Shown one piece after another: positions 12,623 through 37,485 of a stretch of 64,000 bases of DNA; position 1 is the stretch's first letter, and each line of letters begins with the position of its first letter. The notes beneath the pieces were generated by a model. It was not told the origin of the DNA and ran no database searches. It was given only the letters and a program-made list of their open reading frames with translations. Source of the DNA: Macrostomum hystrix (Eukaryota > Animalia > Platyhelminthes); NCBI GenBank assembly GCA_950097015.1, contig CATNEN010000025.1:5394001-5458000 (forward strand), read 5' to 3'. The translations under genes and the position numbers were made by a program.

Positions 12623-12688
<66 letters not shown>

Positions 12689-12739
12689 AAGATAGATAGA
12701 TAGATGATAGATAGATAGATAGATAGATGATAGATAGAT

Positions 12740-12791
<52 letters not shown>

Positions 12792-12825
12792 CAAGGTACA
12801 AGGTACAAGGTACAAGGTACAAGGA
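12575..12825. repeat. (GATA)n microsatellite followed by (ACAAGGT)n
   Basis: Direct reading. Confidence 0.95.
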
Positions 12826-13274
12826 TAGCCTTAAGAGTTCGTTGTGGAGAATGTATTCTCGTTTTCCCTGGTTATCCCATGGGATTTGTTTCTGACTGGG
12901 GGTGGGGGGAAACGCAAAGGTCTGGACGGCCAAAAGAAGTCCAAAATTTTCTCCCCTCTCATGAGATAAGCCCTGGCCATTCCCAAGCCCGGAGCCCAGA
13001 GTCTCTCGGCCAAGAACTTTAGCAGCCGTGTCAGGTTTAATAATAGCTGCATCCCTTACACAGGTGCGGCTACGCAGGTTGCAATGTGTCTGTCAATAAT
13101 CCCCAGATTTTGGCCTGGATTTCAAAGCTAGCCAAGGCTCGAAACGCAATTGTGAGGCCTGTTTTTTGCTCGAAGTTGACTTTAGTTTACGTTACATTAG
13201 CTTGTATTGGCCTCAGAATCCTACTGGCACTTTGCAAACACTTCTTTACCAGATATCCGAACTCATCGCTTGTC

Positions 13275-14140
13275 TCTGTGTCTCTCCCCCAGTCTCTTCC
13301 CTGTCTCACTTCCCCTGTCCCTCTTCCCCTGTCTCTCTTTTCCCCTGTCTCTCTTCCCCTGTCTCCCTCACCCTGTCTCTCTTCCCCTGTGTCTCTTCCT
13401 CTGTCTCTCTCCCCCTGTCTCTCTTCCCCTGTCCCTCTTCCCCTGTCTCTCTTTTCCCCTGTCTCTCTTCCCCTGTCTCCCTCACCCTGTCTCTCTTACC
13501 CTGTCTCTCTTCCCCTGTCTTTCTTCCCCTGTCTCTCTTCCCCTGTCTTTCTTCCCCTGTCTCTCTTACCCTGTCTCAATTACCCTGTCTCTCTTCCCCT
13601 GTCTCCCTCACCCTGTCTCTCTTACCCTGTCTCTCTTCCCCTGTCTTTCTTCCCCTGTCTCTCTTCCCCTGTCTTTCTTCCCCTGTCTCTCTTACCCTGT
13701 CTCTCTTCCCCTGTCTTTCTTACCCTGTCTCTCTTCCCCTGTCTTTCTTCCCCTGTCTCTCTTCCCCTGTCTTTCTTCCCCTGTCTCTCTTACCCTGTCT
13801 CAATTACCCTGTCTCCCTCTCCCTGTCTCTCTTACCCTGTCTCTCTTACCCTGTCTATCTTATCCTGTCTCAATTACCCTGTCTCTCTTACCCTGTCTCA
13901 ATTACCCTGTTGCTCTTATCCTGTCTCTCTTACCCTGTCTCTCTTACCCTGTCTCTCTTACCCTGTCTCTCTTACCCTGTCTCTCTTACCCTGTCTCTCT
14001 TACCCTGTCTCTCTTACCCTGTCTCTCTTACCCTGTCTCTCTTACCCTGTCTCTCTTACCCTGTCTCTCTTACCTTGTCTCAATTACCCTGTCCCCTACT
14101 CCCGTCCCTCTTACCCTGTCTCTCTTCCCTTGTCTCTCTC
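13275..14140. repeat. 14-bp minisatellite (CTCTCTT[C/A]CCCTGT)n
   Basis: Direct reading; the C variant gives way to the A variant along the array. Confidence 0.9.
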
Positions 14141-14539
14141 CCTCTGGTCTCTGTCAATCTTTCCAACGGACACGCAAAAATAACCATGTAAAAAGCTGAC
14201 CCACATTCGAGCAACAAAAAAGCAAAAGAAAAAATTGAAAATACTGAATAGGACGGAGAGTCAGGATCAGTTATTTTAACCCACATCGATCCAAACACAA
14301 ACCTGGCAATCCAATTTATCTTTACCTGAGGGCATGATCTCCGCTTTCCCGGAAAATCAAAAAATTCGCGGTTGTCACTCTGTTGTTTCTTTAGTTTATC
14401 AATTGTGAACGCCTGTGTCTTGGCGAATGCATTTTCTGCAGGCTCTAGATTTGGAATGTACTTTTGTGTCGGCCTTGTGCTATTTATGCACTGGGCAGCG
14501 ATTCGACCGATCGACGAAACCTAAATCTCAACCTTAACC

Positions 14540-15410
14540 ACGAAACTAATCCTGAAACCAAACACTAATCCCGAAACCGAACACTAATCCCGAAACCGAA
14601 CACTAATCCCGAAACCGAACAGTAATCCCGAAACCGAACAGTAATCCCGAAACCAAACACTAATCCCGAAACCGAACAGTAATCCCGAAACCAAACACTA
14701 ATCCCGAAACCGAACAGTAATCCCGAAACCGAACAGTAATCCCGAAACCGAACACTAATCCCGAAACCGAACAGTAATCCCGAAACCGAACAGTAATCCC
14801 GAAACCGAACAGTAATCCCGAAACCAAACACTAATCCCGAAACCGAACAGTAATCCCGAAACCGAACAATAATCCCGAAACCGAGCACTAATCCCAAAAA
14901 ACCGAACAATAATCCCGAAACCGAACAGTAATCCCAAAAACCGAACAGTAATCCCGAAACCGAACAATAATCCCAAAACCGAGCACTAATCCAAAAAACC
15001 GGACAGTAATCCCGAAACCGAACAGTAATCCCGAAACCGAACAATAATCCCAAAACCGAGCACTAATCCCAAAAACCGGACAGTAATCCCGAAACCGAAC
15101 AGTAATCCCGAAACCGAACAGTAATCCCAAAACCGAACACTAATTCCGAAACCGAACAGTAATCCCGAAACCGAACAGTAATCCCGAAACCGAACACTAA
15201 TCCCAAAAACCGGACAGTAATCCCGAAACCGAACAGTAATCCCGAAACCGAGCACTAATCCCAAAAAACCGAACAGTAATCCCGAAACCGAACAGTAATC
15301 CCGAAACCGAACAGTAATCCCAAAACCGAGCACTAATCCCAAAAACCGGACAGTAATCCCGAAACCGAACAGTAATCCCGAAACCGAGCACTAATCCCAA
15401 AAACCGAACA
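14540..15410. repeat. 19-bp minisatellite (CGAACAGTAATCCCGAAAC)n
   Basis: Direct reading. Confidence 0.95.
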
Positions 15411-16004
15411 CAAGTCCCGAAGCCGCGACCCAAATCTGGAAAATTCATACATTTTAGGCTGGAAAAAAATTACTGTGCACTTTTGCTATAGAAGAGACGA
15501 ACACATTATCTCAACAAAATTTCAGCTAAATAATTTATAGCTTATATTCAGCTTTGATTGAACAAATAATTATTCACAGTGACATGAAACAAATACACTA
15601 GACTGATTAACTATACCGTGTTGTAAACACAATTTCAACACAACAGAATAACAAAACACATTTTTTGTGGCCAAATTTGTACACAAAATCGGAAAATTAG
15701 GCCATACGAAACAATACTGACATTTATCTATAGGTTAATAGTATAGATAAATAGAAAAATACTACAAATGAATGTTATCTTACAAATTCGTAATATTGAA
15801 AATTGAACTAATTTAAAATGTCTAATTAAGTTGCTTCTTTAGCAAAATCTGTGCACTTAAGAAACTAAAAAATTTGTCTAAGAAAAAATTATTTGGTTCC
15901 GACTAAAAAGTAATATTTAAAAAATCAATAAAAAATTAATAGTTCTAATTTCTTGTAACATTATTTATGTACAACAGAAAGTTAGTGCGTAAAAAGACTA
16001 AATC

Positions 16005-16995
16005 ACCTCATGACACAATGACCTCATCAGACAATGACATCATGACACAATGACCTCATCAGACAATGACATCATGACGACACAATGACCTCATCAGACA
16101 ATGACATCATGACACAATGACATCATGACACAATGACCTCATGGCACAATAACGTTCGTGACACAATGATCTCATGATACAATGACGTCATGACACAATG
16201 ACCTCATGACACAATGACCTCATGACACAATGACCTCATGACACAATGACCTCATGACACAATGACCTCATGACACAATGACCTCATGACACAATGACCT
16301 CATGACACAATGACCTCATGACACAATGACCTCATGACACAATGACCTCATCAGACAATGACATCATGACACAATGACCTCATGGCACAATAACGTTCGT
16401 GACACAATGACCTCATGATACAATGACGTCATGACACAATGACCTCATGACACAATGACGTCATGACACAATGACCTCATGACACAATGACGTCATGACA
16501 CAATGACCTCATGGCACAATAACGTTCGTGACACAATGATCTCATGATACAATGACGTCATGACACAATGACCTCATGACACAATGACCTCATGACACAA
16601 TGACGTCATGACACAATGACATCATGACACAATGACCGTCATGGACACAATGACCGTCAGTGACACAATGATCTCATGATACAATGACGTCATGACACAA
16701 TGACCTCATGACACAATGACCTCATGACACAATGACCTCATGACACAATGACCTCATGACACAATGACCTCATGACACAATGACCTCATGACACAATGAC
16801 CTCATCAGACAATGACATCATGACACAATGACCTCATGGCACAATAACGTTCGTGACACAATGATCTCATGATACAATGACGTCATGACACAATGACCTC
16901 ATGACACAATGACGTCATGACACAATGACCTCATGACACAATGACCTCATGACACAATGACCTCATGACACAATGACCTCATGACACAATGACAG
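16005..16995. repeat. 16-bp minisatellite (CATGACACAATGACCT)n
   Basis: Direct reading. Confidence 0.95.
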
Positions 16996-17061
16996 CTTGT
17001 GAGATCTATTTCTACAGTTCTAAGAAATTGATGGACCGATTGCCTTAGTTGGCAGGAAAGT

Positions 17062-31285
<14,224 letters not shown>

Positions 31286-31946
31286 GATTTAGTGGGATAG
31301 ATGTACTATTATCAGTTTATGGTGTTTCATCTAGCGCCGACAGGGCGACAGGGCATATCCTCCCCGCAGACTTTTATATTTGTGCCGTCCTCTTAACCAA
31401 TCGCTGCGGTTTGTAGATTTCAGGACCCACTGAACTGAGATTTCCTAGCCAACCAATGGCTATCTGAGAGGAGCACTTGCGATTCGCCTCAACGATAATA
31501 CACTTCTCAATGGGCCTTGTTGTTAAAACGAATTCCCCAAAGGACTGGGGCGCGGATCAGTTTCGAAAAACTCTACCGCTGAATTTTAAGATATATTTAA
31601 CCGAATTTATTTAAAAATTTACAGCGATTCGATTTAGATTATTTTATACGGATATCAAACATAGAAATTAGTAAATTATTAGTAAATAAGTAAATAAATG
31701 GATAATAAATATTTTAATAAAAAAATTAAATAATATAAAAGCTTGCAGTTTGTGAGCAAAGAGCAAAAGTGACAATTCAGCCATTAGTACTCATAGGCAA
31801 TAAAATATATTAAGTCAGTAGGAAAAAAGCGTAAAAAATGGAATATTTGAGCAGCTGAGCACTGCTCACCAGCCCTCTTAAGCTCAGGCAGCTATATTTG
31901 AGTTTTATTTTGGTTTTCTTTCAGGGCCATAGGTGTCAGAGACTGC

Positions 31947-34886
31947 TCAACCCTGGATTTGGAGTCGGTTCTGCCTGTTGATTTGTCCCCGCCTCAGGGT
32001 AGCCCACAGGACATTGAGGATGGGGACACGGCCCGGAGCGCGAGGCAGCTCCGGCTCGATGTGGAAGCCGTGCAGCCGAGCTGCTCTCATCTTGAGCAGC
32101 CAGGCCACACCGAGCTGTTTGACTCTGGCCGAGAGCATTGGCATGCCGGCCAGTTTGTGAAGGTACTCGGTGCTCAGGTAGGAAGGCACACCGTAGCAGA
32201 TTCGCAGAGCAAGGTTCTGGATCTTTTGTAGCTTGATCTGATTGGTGACGCAGATCAGAGTCAAGATTGGGGCGCCGTAGGTGAGAGCGCTCTCACCGTA
32301 GGCCCTGTACAGCATTCTGAGAGTGACGCTGCTCAGTTTGGTGATCTTGGCGATGCGGCACAGGGACATGACAATGGCCCTGCACGTATTCGCCATGTTG
32401 TCGACGTGTTTATTCAGGCAAAGATTGGCGTCGAGGAGGACACCTAGAAATTTTACTTCCTGACAGTAGGGGACCACCGTCTGCCCCAGCTGCAGTTTGG
32501 GTCGCAAGTCGGCGCGAGCTGTCGGCTTGTAGTTGAAGGCGATGGCCTTGCTCTTGTCGGCATTCAGTCTGATGCCTTGCTTTCCGCACCACTCCCAGAC
32601 TTGTCTGAGGTAGCTCTGGAGGCATGTCCGCAGACCAGCAAAGGTGTCTGCGGAGGCCCAGATGGCCATGTCGTCAGCAAATTGACTGCGTTTCACGTTT
32701 GGATTTTCAGGAATCGGCATTGTGCTGACGTACAGCAGGTACAGGAGAGGACTCAAGATGCCTCCCTGAGGTACGCCAGCTAGGATTCTGATCAGCTCAC
32801 TGAGCGAGTTGTTGACTCGCACCTGGATGTACCTGTTCCTGAGGTAGTCAGACAGGATGCGCGTCAGCATCGAAGGAAAGCCAGCGTTGAGCATGCGGCT
32901 CCTGAGCATGTCGTGCCAGGCAGAGTCAAAGGCCGCCTCTACATCAAGGAAGACTGCAGCGGCCCTCTTTGTTTTGCACTTTGCGACCATCATGTCCTGC
33001 ACCAGTCGGCACAGGTTGTCGTAGGTGGAGTGGACTTTGCGATAAGCGCATTGGTCATCGCCAAGAATGTTCTTGTCTTCAAGGTATTTGGAGAGTCTCT
33101 TGGCAATCAGCTTCTCAAACACCTTGCCTAAGCAAGAGGTCAGGCTGATTGGCCTGTACGAGTTTGGATTGTCTGGCGGTTTGTCAGGCTTCGGGATCAT
33201 TGTCACCACAGCTTTCTTCCAAGCGCTGGGGAAGATCCCTTGACTGAAGCAGGCGTTAAAGAGTCTGGTGATCCTGGTGATCGCCACGCCTTCAAGGCCG
33301 AGTTTGAGCACTCGATTGGGAATCTTATCCAGCCCGGGTGCTCCATCAGGCTTGAGGTGCTCAAGCTCCCACACTGTGTCGGCTACAGTGAATGCGGCTT
33401 CAAGCGGGTGAGTGGCTATGCCATTGATGTCGGCCGGAATCGGATAGAAAGCGATGAACTTGGCCACTTCGGCCACCTCCTGTTTGAGCTGGTCACAAGT
33501 TGATGGGACTGGGCGCATCTTTGAGTCCTGAGTGGCAGCGAGAAGGTTCGCTTTCTCCAGATCAGTGTGCGCACTGGTTTGACCCGAAGTGAGGGTTGGA
33601 ATGGAGCTGGGCTTGAACTTGCCCATCAGCTTCCTGGTGTCATGCCAGAAGTTCTTGACCTTGCTGTTCTTGCTGTTCTCGACAACATTCTCACACAGCT
33701 TGGTGAGCTTGCCGCTCTGGAAGGAAGTGATTTCCCTTTTGATCCTGTTGGCCATTTGGTTGGCCAGCCTTTTAAAGTTTTCATCCCCGGTGCTGTTGAA
33801 GAGTCGTCTGAGTCGTCGGCGCTCTTTGATCAGCTCAAGGATGTGCTTGGGCAGAGCATTTCGGCCACCACAGTCTGGCACAGTCGACTCAATGACCGTG
33901 TGGATGGCTTTTGTGATGAGCTCGACCTCGGCGTCGATTTGCTGAGCACTCGATAGGCGAGTCGGCTGGTCAGGAAGAAGGGCTTCACTAATTCTCAGCC
34001 TGAACTGATCCCAGTCGGTTTTGGAAAAGTTTTTCGGCTTAGCGGGACCTGCCCACTTTGCCGACTGAATGTTGAGGGTGAGGATGATTGGCAGGTGGTC
34101 GCTGTCCAGGTCAGGACCGACTGCAAAGTCCTGCACAAAGGGCAGAAAGTCCTCCGTGGCCAGGCCGAGGTCCAAGACATTCCTGGAAGTGACGCCATTC
34201 TTGGTGGCGATTCTGGTGAACTGGCCAACTTGATTGAGGATGGTGGGCGAGGTCGGACCTTCAGAGAGCCAGTCGTACAGCTCATGGCCAGCCTTGTTGT
34301 TGCTGCTGTCACCGCCAAGGAAGCGGTGTCTGGCATTGAGGTCGCCAAGGAGAACACTGCGTCTGCGCGAGACCAGGCTCTTGAGTAGGTTCAGGTTCAG
34401 GTGGTAAGGTGCCGGAGACCTGTACACCAGAGCCAGATTAAAGTCGGCACCGTGAGAGTTGTCAGACAGGCTGACGGTGCAGGAGATGGCTTCATGGTTC
34501 ACGTTGTCGTAGTGCAAGCGAACATTGGTGAGTTTGACGCGCGGTGAGTGAGCAAGGAGCAAGCCGCGTCTGACATGCGGAGTGTCGTATCGGATGATGG
34601 AGTAGCCAGGGATCTGGACCGTGTGCGAACTCTTGAGAATGGTTTCAGAGAAGAGAGCAATGTCTATCTCTTGACTAATGACCCATTGGGTGAGTTCTCT
34701 GCTTTTCGGGTGAAACCCTCTGCAGTTGAGGTGCATAATTTTCAGACCCGTTGTCTGGGTAATGGGGTTCCCATTTAAATTAAGGAATTTCCAGTTTTCT
34801 GGTTTAGCTGCCTGGGCCCACGACCCCGGTGGCGGCGGAGGCCATGCCAGACACGTCCTGGAGGACAGCCCGCACAATGTCCTCAA
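31947..34886 (-). CDS. LINE ORF2: AP-like endonuclease plus reverse transcriptase
   Basis: APE motifs: LKIMHLNCRG, FSET, LLGDLNARH, NVLDL, DSDHLPI. RT motifs: PGLDKIP, SYRPISLTSCLGKVFEK, FLDVEAAFD, GVPQGGILSPLLY, QFADD, FLGVLLD. No stops. The frame opens at 34904; the first ATG (34736) lies inside the first APE strand. Confidence 0.95.
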   Translation of the reverse strand: MRTLCGLSSRTCLAWPPPPPGSWAQAAKPENWKFLNLNGNPITQTTGLKIMHLNCRGFHPKSRELTQWVISQEIDIALFSETILKSSHTVQIPGYSIIRYDTPHVRRGLLLAHSPRVKLTNVRLHYDNVNHEAISCTVSLSDNSHGADFNLALVYRSPAPYHLNLNLLKSLVSRRRSVLLGDLNARHRFLGGDSSNNKAGHELYDWLSEGPTSPTILNQVGQFTRIATKNGVTSRNVLDLGLATEDFLPFVQDFAVGPDLDSDHLPIILTLNIQSAKWAGPAKPKNFSKTDWDQFRLRISEALLPDQPTRLSSAQQIDAEVELITKAIHTVIESTVPDCGGRNALPKHILELIKERRRLRRLFNSTGDENFKRLANQMANRIKREITSFQSGKLTKLCENVVENSKNSKVKNFWHDTRKLMGKFKPSSIPTLTSGQTSAHTDLEKANLLAATQDSKMRPVPSTCDQLKQEVAEVAKFIAFYPIPADINGIATHPLEAAFTVADTVWELEHLKPDGAPGLDKIPNRVLKLGLEGVAITRITRLFNACFSQGIFPSAWKKAVVTMIPKPDKPPDNPNSYRPISLTSCLGKVFEKLIAKRLSKYLEDKNILGDDQCAYRKVHSTYDNLCRLVQDMMVAKCKTKRAAAVFLDVEAAFDSAWHDMLRSRMLNAGFPSMLTRILSDYLRNRYIQVRVNNSLSELIRILAGVPQGGILSPLLYLLYVSTMPIPENPNVKRSQFADDMAIWASADTFAGLRTCLQSYLRQVWEWCGKQGIRLNADKSKAIAFNYKPTARADLRPKLQLGQTVVPYCQEVKFLGVLLDANLCLNKHVDNMANTCRAIVMSLCRIAKITKLSSVTLRMLYRAYGESALTYGAPILTLICVTNQIKLQKIQNLALRICYGVPSYLSTEYLHKLAGMPMLSARVKQLGVAWLLKMRAARLHGFHIEPELPRAPGRVPILNVLWATLRRGQINRQNRLQIQG

Positions 34887-37485
34887 CCATTTTACTGGTC
34901 GATTCTACCGTGAGGAGCTCACCAGGCGGTCTGGACAGGGCCCGCACAATCACCTGGGTCAGAGAGCGGGTGAACAGGGGCAACAGCATGCTCACCATCT
35001 GCTTCAAGTCAGTTTGCTGCTGCTGCTGCTGTGGCTCACTGCCAGCGTCCAGGGAGGGTGCAGCCTCATTGGCGCTCGTGCACCTGGCGCTGACAGTCTC
35101 GGCGGCCGGTCGGCTCCTGGCATCATCGGTGCTGATGAACAGCGGCCGGATGGCGGCATTGACGGGCACGTTGCGGCGGCCTTGGCGCATCAGCCAGCCA
35201 CTGTCCGAAGCGTCGGACACGTCGGCGGGCGCACTCGAGGCAGGCGGGGCATCCGTAGGCGCGGCTTCCGCTGCTCGCGCCGCAGCAGCTTTGGCCTCAG
35301 CTGCCGCCTTCGTCGCCTTGGCGTGCTCCTCCTGCGCAACAGTGCAGGCTCGGCTGGTCGTGCGGTGCTGACCACCGCAGTTGGAGCATGTCGCCGGGCC
35401 TTCGTGCTGGCAGTCCTTCCAGGCATGCGAGCCGCCGCAGATTCGGCATCGCAGCTCCGCCTGGCACTGGGCCGCACGGTGGCCGAACTGCTGGCAGCGC
35501 TGGCACTGCAGGGCGCGGATCGGCTCATCAGTGCGGCTCTCCTCACAGGCGAACCTCACAAAGTCAGTGCAGATTCCGTCACGGAGGCACTGCTCGACGG
35601 TTGCACGCGACCTCGTGAAGACGCGCATGAACCGGGTGGCCTGTCCGGACGCCTTGGCTCGAATTCGCTGGACACTAGTAATGTCCAGCTTGAGGCTGTC
35701 CCGTAGCATTGTTGCGAACTCAGCATCCGTGATGGAGAGCGGAACTTCCAGTGCAACAAATGTCTGCACACGCTGCTGTTGGACTCTGTCAGCGCCAGTC
35801 CGGTTGTCCAGCGGTCTCGATCGGGCTGGACGACGCTCGACACTGTGGCCGAGGAGGCTGTCGTGACGCAGAGCACCGCCTAGGAAGACGTTGTAATCCC
35901 GCTCAGTGGCCGGGAATACTAGGTAGGCGGGCTGATTGGCCATTTCGGCTGTGTTGATGGCACGGGCATCGCCGGCAAAGTTGGCCTGAAGCCAGGTGAT
36001 GAAGGCCACCAGCTTGCTTGCCGCACTCTGATGGACCTCGAAGACCACCGGTGGAATGGCAGCCTGGGGTCTCTTAGGAGGTGCGCGAGCCGAAGCCACT
36101 TGCGCATAGGGCCGCGCCGTCGCAGCCTGGGTCGTTGAAGCCGTCGCCGCTACCGCTGCCGCCGACGCCGCCGACGAACCCGTCACCGCGTTCGCCGACG
36201 CTGCCGCCGCACCCGCCGCTGCACCCCGGCCGCCGCCGCCACCTCGCGTGCCTCGCTGTCTGCCGCCGCCGCCACCGCGGCTGCCTCGCTGCTGACCGCC
36301 GCCGCCGCTCTGACCACGTGCGCCGCGCTGACCACCGCCGCCGCGCTCTGCCTGCTGGTCTTGGGGTTGGCCTGGGTTGCCTTGCCGGTCGCCGAAGGGA
36401 CCGCAGTCCAGTGGCTGGCTGTAGGTTGGGTCGTCGGTCGCCGCCCTCTTGCGCCGCAGCTCCGGCTTGGTGACGCGGAATGTCAGCGAGATCCGGACGC
36501 CGGTCTGGGTGCGAACTGCAGGCACCTGATGCTGCAGCCGCTTCTGACAGTTGCCTCCCATCAGGATCAGCGACCCAGGAAGCGTCGGAAATTTGTGCGT
36601 GACGTTGCCGTCACGTCGACGCAACATAAAAGTGCGCTCAGCGCCGAAAGAAACTGTAGCGATGGTCGGCTTGTCACCGAGCTCCCCCTCGTCATCTGCA
36701 TGCCACGGAATCCGGTCCTCTGGCTCGGTGTAGAAGTTCACCAGAACGGAGTTGAACTTCGGGACCTCGAGCCCAGCATCGTCGTAAAGGAAGTCACGAA
36801 TGTCTTCGATTACGGGATGCCAGGTTTGGTTCTCCTTCAGCTCAACCCCGCTGTAGGTGTACGCCGGGCCGATCCAGAAGACACGGCGCTGCTCGTGCGG
36901 GCGATGACGGAAGGCGAGTGGGAGCACGTCTTCTATCAGGCGCTGGTAGATCTGGTCGGCGACCTCGCCAAGAAAGTAGGGCGCATAGACGATGTTGCAG
37001 TCACCCGCGTAGCTCGTCTTCTGACACTCGCTGAAGTCCGGCTCGTCAGGGAAGACGATTTGAGACACATCAGCCTCGGACTGTACAGCGGTGGGCTTTG
37101 GGATAGTTGTTAGGGCACTTGCCATATCAGATGCCGTTGGCGCTGGCGCAGGTGCTGCCGCAGCCACGGTCTGTTGGGCAACCGTCTCGGCTGCCTCGGC
37201 TTCATCAACGGACATTTCGTTTAATTCAGCGGTCGCGGGGGCCGCAGTCCCTGCTGGAGGCTCGTCTTCGACGATGACAAGCCGACCATCTGGCGGGCTG
37301 AGCGAGCCGCGGTCTTGGTCACAGTTGGCCGGTTCTAAAATCTCGCTGGCCGGCATCGGAGTCGACATCAGCGCTGTCGCGACCTTCGGCTGTAGCTTGC
37401 GACTGGCATCCTCAGTGCGGCCGTACCGATGCTCGAGCGAGGGGCGGCCGTCGTGTTTTTTTGCAGTGGCGCTATTCGCAGCCAT
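34804..37485 (-). CDS. LINE ORF1 (893 aa): AlkB/ALKBH2-3-like 2OG-Fe(II) dioxygenase, RGG linker and three zinc knuckles
   Basis: First ATG 37485 (the ORF-track start at 37548 is GTG). AlkB about 37000-36470: YTYSG, FNSVLVNFY, WHADDE, IATVSFGAERTF, GSLILM, QHQVP, RISLTFR. Knuckles about 35506-35345: CQRCQQFGHRAAQC, CRICGGSHAWKDC, CSNCGGQHRTTSRAC. Confidence 0.92.
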   Translation of the reverse strand: MAANSATAKKHDGRPSLEHRYGRTEDASRKLQPKVATALMSTPMPASEILEPANCDQDRGSLSPPDGRLVIVEDEPPAGTAAPATAELNEMSVDEAEAAETVAQQTVAAAAPAPAPTASDMASALTTIPKPTAVQSEADVSQIVFPDEPDFSECQKTSYAGDCNIVYAPYFLGEVADQIYQRLIEDVLPLAFRHRPHEQRRVFWIGPAYTYSGVELKENQTWHPVIEDIRDFLYDDAGLEVPKFNSVLVNFYTEPEDRIPWHADDEGELGDKPTIATVSFGAERTFMLRRRDGNVTHKFPTLPGSLILMGGNCQKRLQHQVPAVRTQTGVRISLTFRVTKPELRRKRAATDDPTYSQPLDCGPFGDRQGNPGQPQDQQAERGGGGQRGARGQSGGGGQQRGSRGGGGGRQRGTRGGGGGRGAAAGAAAASANAVTGSSAASAAAVAATASTTQAATARPYAQVASARAPPKRPQAAIPPVVFEVHQSAASKLVAFITWLQANFAGDARAINTAEMANQPAYLVFPATERDYNVFLGGALRHDSLLGHSVERRPARSRPLDNRTGADRVQQQRVQTFVALEVPLSITDAEFATMLRDSLKLDITSVQRIRAKASGQATRFMRVFTRSRATVEQCLRDGICTDFVRFACEESRTDEPIRALQCQRCQQFGHRAAQCQAELRCRICGGSHAWKDCQHEGPATCSNCGGQHRTTSRACTVAQEEHAKATKAAAEAKAAAARAAEAAPTDAPPASSAPADVSDASDSGWLMRQGRRNVPVNAAIRPLFISTDDARSRPAAETVSARCTSANEAAPSLDAGSEPQQQQQQTDLKQMVSMLLPLFTRSLTQVIVRALSRPPGELLTVESTSKMVEDIVRAVLQDVSGMASAATGVVGPGS

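Noticed and set aside
12830-13270. Unique segment next to the (ACCTTGT)n/(ATCT)n tail as a LINE 3' end
   Set aside because: Minus-strand translations contain stops and no recognisable motif.
31852-31868. 16-bp match CAGCTGAGCACTGCTC shared with 48947-48962 (palindromic TGAGCANTGCTCA)
   Set aside because: There is no extended homology on either side, so it could be chance or a short motif.
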